Source: Clostridia bacterium
GTDB taxonomy: Bacteria > Bacillota > Clostridia > UBA1381
Assembly (NCBI GenBank): GCA_045649825.1
Contig: JAZRQO010000021.1
Span: 6,388-70,387, forward strand
Direction of reading: 5' to 3'
DNA: 64,000 bases
A model generated the notes under the pieces. That model had not been told where the DNA came from, made no database searches, and saw nothing but the letters and a program-made list of their open reading frames with translations. Shown here in pieces: positions 60,125 to 64,000 of the stretch. Within the stretch, counting starts at the first letter, position 1; each line of letters begins with the position of its first letter. Both the position numbers and the translations under genes were made by a program.

Positions 60125-60153
60125 TTGACTTTTGGGAGATAAAGTGGTAATAT
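60125..60153 (+). promoter_or_regulatory. Sigma-A promoter driving the THF riboswitch
   Basis: TTGACT (60125-60130), 17 nt, then TGG-TAATAT (60148-60153). Confidence 0.65.
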
Positions 60154-60170
60154 ATTACTTGAAAATTAAA

Positions 60171-60268
60171 ACCAGAGCAGGTATTATGCGTTAAGTGTCA
60201 GAAAATGGGAGTAGAGTTTCTGAACGAAAAGTCTTCGGGCTTGCGGTATAATATTCCATCCGCTGTTT
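60171..60268 (+). ncRNA. THF (tetrahydrofolate) riboswitch aptamer
   Basis: The sequence CCAGAGCAGGUAUUAUGCGUUAAGUGUCAGAAAAUGGGAGUAGAGUUUCUGAACGAAAAGUCUUCGGGCUUGCGGUAUAAUAUUCCAUCCGCUG shares the conserved blocks GCGUUAAGUG, AAUGGGA, ACGAA, GCGGU and CAUCCGCU with the crystallised THF-I aptamer as I remember it. Helices P2 and P3 show compensatory changes. An ECF S-component gene follows. Confidence 0.85.
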
Positions 60269-60321
60269 TAAAAATAGGTATATTTTTTATTACAGCCCCT
60301 GCTTTGTAAGGGGATTTTTTT

Positions 60322-61068
60322 ATGAAGAAAATTGATATTCACAAGCTGACACTTTCGTCAGTTTTAATAGCTATAGCTCTCGTCCTGTCCACCATGAGCC
60401 ATATGATTTATTTTTCAGGCGGTGCGGGGATGAGAATTGGCTTTTCATCTTACATATCCGTCCTTCCGGCATTTTTGTTCGGTCCCTTATGGGGCGGGCT
60501 TACAATGGGTATTATGGATGTTCTTGCATTCGTAATCAAACCGGAGGGCGGATATCTTCTCCCTCTCACCCTGACTGCAATCGCAGGCGGTGTTATGAGG
60601 GGTGCACTATGGAAGGTACTGAAAGGAAGAAAGCTTCCTATTATCCCTTGCATATGTGCATTTACAATGATTTTTGTTTGGGGAGTTATAAATAGCTTTG
60701 CCATTGGTTATGAGAGCTCTTACGGAGAGTTTCTAAGAAGCTTTAATGCAAAATCAGCTCTTTTTATTCATCTCCCCATAATCTTTTCAGGGCTTGTGAT
60801 AGTTTTTACAATAATTAATCACGGGCTTAAGAAAACAAAATTTCATTCCGATGGGTTTGTTACCGTGCTGATTACACTGATGATTGCAAACATTGCAGTG
60901 ACTACGGCAAACACCTTTCTCCTCATGGCATTTATACCAAGCCTTTCAAAGCTTGGATTTACTGTTTTCTATTTGCCAAGACTTGCAGAGGAAATAGCCA
61001 ACACATCGATGCAAGCAGTAGTGGTGAGCTATCTTCTTAAAATATCGAAAAGGATAATCAGGAATTAA
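60322..61068 (+). CDS. ECF transporter S component, probably folate family (FolT-like)
   Basis: Polytopic 248-aa protein directly downstream of the THF riboswitch. Confidence 0.6.
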   Translation: MKKIDIHKLTLSSVLIAIALVLSTMSHMIYFSGGAGMRIGFSSYISVLPAFLFGPLWGGLTMGIMDVLAFVIKPEGGYLLPLTLTAIAGGVMRGALWKVLKGRKLPIIPCICAFTMIFVWGVINSFAIGYESSYGEFLRSFNAKSALFIHLPIIFSGLVIVFTIINHGLKKTKFHSDGFVTVLITLMIANIAVTTANTFLLMAFIPSLSKLGFTVFYLPRLAEEIANTSMQAVVVSYLLKISKRIIRN

Positions 61069-61115
61069 AAAAATAACTGTGTTGCAATTCACAATTCGCA
61101 ACACAGTTATTTTTT
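61066..61115. terminator. Bidirectional intrinsic terminator
   Basis: A-run, then long stem ATAACTGTGTTGC...GCAACACAGTTAT, then T-run, between convergent genes. Confidence 0.8.
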
Positions 61116-63124
61116 CATCTTGTTAAATAATTATAAATTATAATTGCCGCTTCGGCATAGGTTATGTTCCTGTCAGGATTGAAATTACCTGTTCCGTCAC
61201 CTTTGAAAACACCCATACCGTAAAGAATACTTACATATCCCACGCCCTCGGTTACGTCATTGAAGGGATTGTTATAAATTCCGTCAAGAAGTGCAAAATC
61301 CTCGCCGCCAATGGCACGGACTGTCATTTTTGCCGCTTCAAGCCTTGAAACAGGCGCGTCTTTTTCGTAGTTCTCCTTTTTTATAATTCCGTTATCTACA
61401 AGCAAAGTCGCAGCTTCGCTGCTCTCAGATTTCAGAAGAATACTGTCAAATCGCCTTACAATGCATGAAAGAAGCTTTGCAAAATCACTTTGAGTTATTT
61501 CATTGTCAGGAGTAAATTCACTGCCCTCTGTACGGATCCCGTAAAGGGCAAGAGTATTTATTATATCCTCTGCATAATGTCCCGAAATATCGGTATAGCC
61601 CTCAAAAGGCTTATCTTCTCCGCTTATTCCTGTTATTTCTCCCGAAAAGGCATCCATTCTCATAAAACTGTTTTCGAAATCGTATATGAGCTTGAAAACT
61701 GTTTTGTTATCTTCAACGTGTCTTTCGTGCACTACGGTGTAGGGCATTTGTGAAAAAAGCATTTTCCCTGCAGCATAAGGAGAAATCACATTATCGGGAG
61801 ATTTAAATTCGCAAGTCGAATAATTGATAGAGTATGCATTTATAATTCCAAGTTCACTGCTTACTCTCACATTTATTGTGTCCTGCCTGAAAGGAATTTC
61901 ATTTACATATCTTGTATAGAATTTTGAAGCCCCATCATATCTATATTCCTTGAATTTCTCGCCTGCAAGATAAGCCGCACCTTCAGCTTTCAGGGCTTCT
62001 GCTTTTTCTTCTGTTATAGCTTTATTTTCATCCTCGCCGTATCTGTAAATATAGAACGATTGAACCTCTCCTGTTTTCATATCGAGGGAAACCTGGGAAT
62101 GTTCTTCACCAAAATAAAATCTGCCGATATAACGGTTCTCTCCCTCTTTATCCAGGTTATAGCTCATAAGCGGAGTATCACTGTCAATTGCAATGTAAGG
62201 GTTATCAAATATGAGCTTCACTCCCTCTTCTTTAGTAAGCAGTCCCGATATTTTATCAAGTTCTCCAAGCTCTGTTTTTGAAAGAGTTGCACCCATAGCT
62301 GAATTCATAACCATTTCACTCTTGTCAGCCGCCATACCCTCTGCTTCGCCTCTGTATAATACCCCGTTATATGATTTAACAGGAACAAAAGCACTTCCGT
62401 CAATTGCACTTATTTTAGTCTGTGTGTCCTTAAACACATAAACAGGAACAGCTATATTTTCATCCTCCGAATATTCTTTATAATATTCAAGTATAAGACC
62501 TGATTTCTCAAGAAAAGCTTTCTGAGCTTCAGACGGATGTATAACAAGCCCGTCCTCAAATTCAGCATTCTGATAATAGTTCATATAAAAATATGTAATT
62601 TCTTCGCCCTTTTCATCAACCGTAACACTTCCGCTGCACTCGGGAACGGTTATGCCGTTGACAACTCTTTGAACTTCAAAAGAATATCCTAAATCCCATA
62701 ACGAACGAAACCTTGAATTATCGTTCAGAACAAGCTCACCCAAAAGGCTTGGATTTAGTTCATTAACAAGAAGCTGTGCTTTATTCATTATATCTGCTCT
62801 GTCAATGTTTCGGATTTTTGCACCTGTTTCCCCGCTGTATTCCTCAGATTTGGAATAGGATGTTATAATTCCCTCCGACGTTACATTAACATATGCACTC
62901 TTATATCCCTCCGAATTATCCGACCAGCGGAGAGAGTATGAAACTGAGCCGTCTGCTCCCTGCCTTTCATTTGCAGAGAACTCTTCGTATTCCTCCATAT
63001 TACCAATTCTATCCTTTACGGAAAAAATAATTGTCTCAAGCTCTGCAGTATCGGTTTCCGCCATAACAGGAATTGTACCTGCGATAAAACAAAATGTTAA
63101 TAACAAAGAAATGATTTTTTTCAT
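61115..63124 (-). CDS. Secreted protein with C-terminal SLH domains
   Basis: Signal peptide MKKIISLLLTFCFIAGTIPVMA. The C-terminal SLH repeats are YTDISGHYAEDIINTLALYGI, FTPDNEITQSDFAKLL, and FNDVTEGVGYVSILYGMGVFKGDGTGNFNPDRNITYAEAAIII. Confidence 0.75.
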   Translation of the reverse strand: MKKIISLLLTFCFIAGTIPVMAETDTAELETIIFSVKDRIGNMEEYEEFSANERQGADGSVSYSLRWSDNSEGYKSAYVNVTSEGIITSYSKSEEYSGETGAKIRNIDRADIMNKAQLLVNELNPSLLGELVLNDNSRFRSLWDLGYSFEVQRVVNGITVPECSGSVTVDEKGEEITYFYMNYYQNAEFEDGLVIHPSEAQKAFLEKSGLILEYYKEYSEDENIAVPVYVFKDTQTKISAIDGSAFVPVKSYNGVLYRGEAEGMAADKSEMVMNSAMGATLSKTELGELDKISGLLTKEEGVKLIFDNPYIAIDSDTPLMSYNLDKEGENRYIGRFYFGEEHSQVSLDMKTGEVQSFYIYRYGEDENKAITEEKAEALKAEGAAYLAGEKFKEYRYDGASKFYTRYVNEIPFRQDTINVRVSSELGIINAYSINYSTCEFKSPDNVISPYAAGKMLFSQMPYTVVHERHVEDNKTVFKLIYDFENSFMRMDAFSGEITGISGEDKPFEGYTDISGHYAEDIINTLALYGIRTEGSEFTPDNEITQSDFAKLLSCIVRRFDSILLKSESSEAATLLVDNGIIKKENYEKDAPVSRLEAAKMTVRAIGGEDFALLDGIYNNPFNDVTEGVGYVSILYGMGVFKGDGTGNFNPDRNITYAEAAIIIYNYLTR

Positions 63125-63254
63125 CTTAACCCCTCCTGTTTATTACACTGTGGTATTCAGCCTCTTTTATATAATACCATAGAATAAATGCTTGCGTTGC
63201 ACCAAAATAAATAATTGTGATTTTTGCACTGAAATTATAGTTTTATTTTGGCAA

Positions 63255-63292
63255 AAGTAAACAGTATGGGCGTAAATACGCCCATACTGTTA
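63255..63292 (-). terminator. Hairpin terminator after the flippase gene
   Basis: 12-bp stem ACAGTATGGGCG (63261-63272) / CGCCCATACTGT (63279-63290) overlaps the stop codon. Confidence 0.6.
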
Positions 63293-64000
63293 AATAAGCT
63301 TCATCTTAATTAACAATCCATACAGCTTAGCTCCTGCAGGAAGCATTTTAATTTCTTCCTCCGACAGTATATTAAGCTTGAATACAAGCACAAAATAACA
63401 AACTGCCGCAACACCAATTGATGCGGGAAGTGCAACAAAGTTTGAAGGTACAATACTGTTTACTGCAATATATCCGAAATATGCCACTGCAGCCATTACT
63501 CCGCCTGCAATAAGAGGTTTAACAACATATTTCACAAGATTCATCTTAAGAGGAATATTTCGGGAAAGCACTCCGAAGCATACGGAAAACGAAACTATCT
63601 GGCACGCAACGGAACTGATTGCCGCACCGTAAATGTTAATCTCAGGTATTCTTATAAGAATAATGTTCAGAATTATCTTCACGATACAACCAAGCAAAAG
63701 ACCTGTTGCAGGGGTATACACCTTCCCCATTCCCTGAAGCGAGCCTGACATTGTTTGGTTAAGCGCCGTGAAAATAAGAGCTATTGAGCTTATCTGAAGC
63801 AAATCATATCCAAGCTGTGCATTAGGATATATAAGCTTATAAATAGGCTGTGCCAAAGATATGTAGCCGAAAGCACAGGGCAGAATAAGCAAAATAGAAA
63901 TAAGGAATGAGTAGTTGATTTTATTTGCTGCTTCTTTTTTATCGCCCACCGCAAGAGCGCTTGAGATTGAAGGAACAAGCACCGTCGCAAAAGCAATATT
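63290..64000 (-). CDS. MOP-superfamily flippase (SpoVB/MurJ-like polysaccharide biosynthesis protein). The 5' part lies outside the window.
   Basis: The C-terminal TM bundle includes LVPSISSALAVGDKKEA..., which is typical of SpoVB/Wzx-like proteins. The frame stays open to the window edge. Confidence 0.65.
   Translation of the reverse strand, partial: NIAFATVLVPSISSALAVGDKKEAANKINYSFLISILLILPCAFGYISLAQPIYKLIYPNAQLGYDLLQISSIALIFTALNQTMSGSLQGMGKVYTPATGLLLGCIVKIILNIILIRIPEINIYGAAISSVACQIVSFSVCFGVLSRNIPLKMNLVKYVVKPLIAGGVMAAVAYFGYIAVNSIVPSNFVALPASIGVAAVCYFVLVFKLNILSEEEIKMLPAGAKLYGLLIKMKLI

Noticed and set aside
1-64000. Search for CRISPR arrays, IS elements/transposases, rRNA, retron/DGR-type reverse transcriptases and toxin-antitoxin pairs.
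   Set aside because: I saw no regularly spaced direct repeats, no transposase- or RT-like ORFs and no rRNA-like sequence by eye. The remaining short ORFs in the track are shadow frames inside annotated genes.

Overview
This looks like a chromosomal segment from a spore-forming, low-to-mid-GC Firmicute of the class Clostridia. I infer that from gene content: the spoIIAA-spoIIAB-sigF operon, spoIIM, yqfC/yqfD, ylbJ, a SpoVB-like flippase, an Rnf complex and SLH cell-wall proteins. Most of the window is densely packed core genes, mainly on the minus strand. In order these are: a hexuronate/glucuronide module (uxuB-uxuA divergent from uidA plus a GPH transporter); the origin-proximal cluster rpmH-rnpA-yidD-yidC-jag followed by rlmD; xerD-spoIIM; tRNA-Ser(GGA); a thiol-disulfide pair (TlpA-like/CcdA); the spoIIA operon; noc-rsmG-glmM; rnfCDGEAB; glgBCD; ispG-era-dgkA-ybeY-phoH-yqfD-yqfC; kdgK-eda; a 1000-aa SLH (S-layer-like) protein; LMW-PTP/ApbE; ptsG-like EIICBA-ptsH-ptsI; an MBOAT-DHHW acyltransferase pair plus two more DHHW paralogs; and a THF riboswitch in front of an ECF S-component. 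I saw no rRNA, CRISPR array, transposase or prophage. The clearly accessory element is a compact two-gene cassette at about 7.77-9.30 kb, wedged between rlmD and an LtaS-family gene, with its own consensus sigma-A promoter. It encodes a 125-aa HEPN-like protein (RNSLVH = Rx4H motif) followed by a protein that fuses a macro-like N-terminal domain to a C-terminal TIR domain. I consider this the best candidate for an undescribed NAD+/ADP-ribose-linked defence system. Secondary curiosities are a strand-asymmetric 85-nt hairpin between yqfD and phoH, an orphan phage TerS-like gene, an HPr without Ser46, and an rpmH cluster with no adjacent dnaA. All coordinates, motifs and structures were derived by hand from the sequence. 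No database searches were run.
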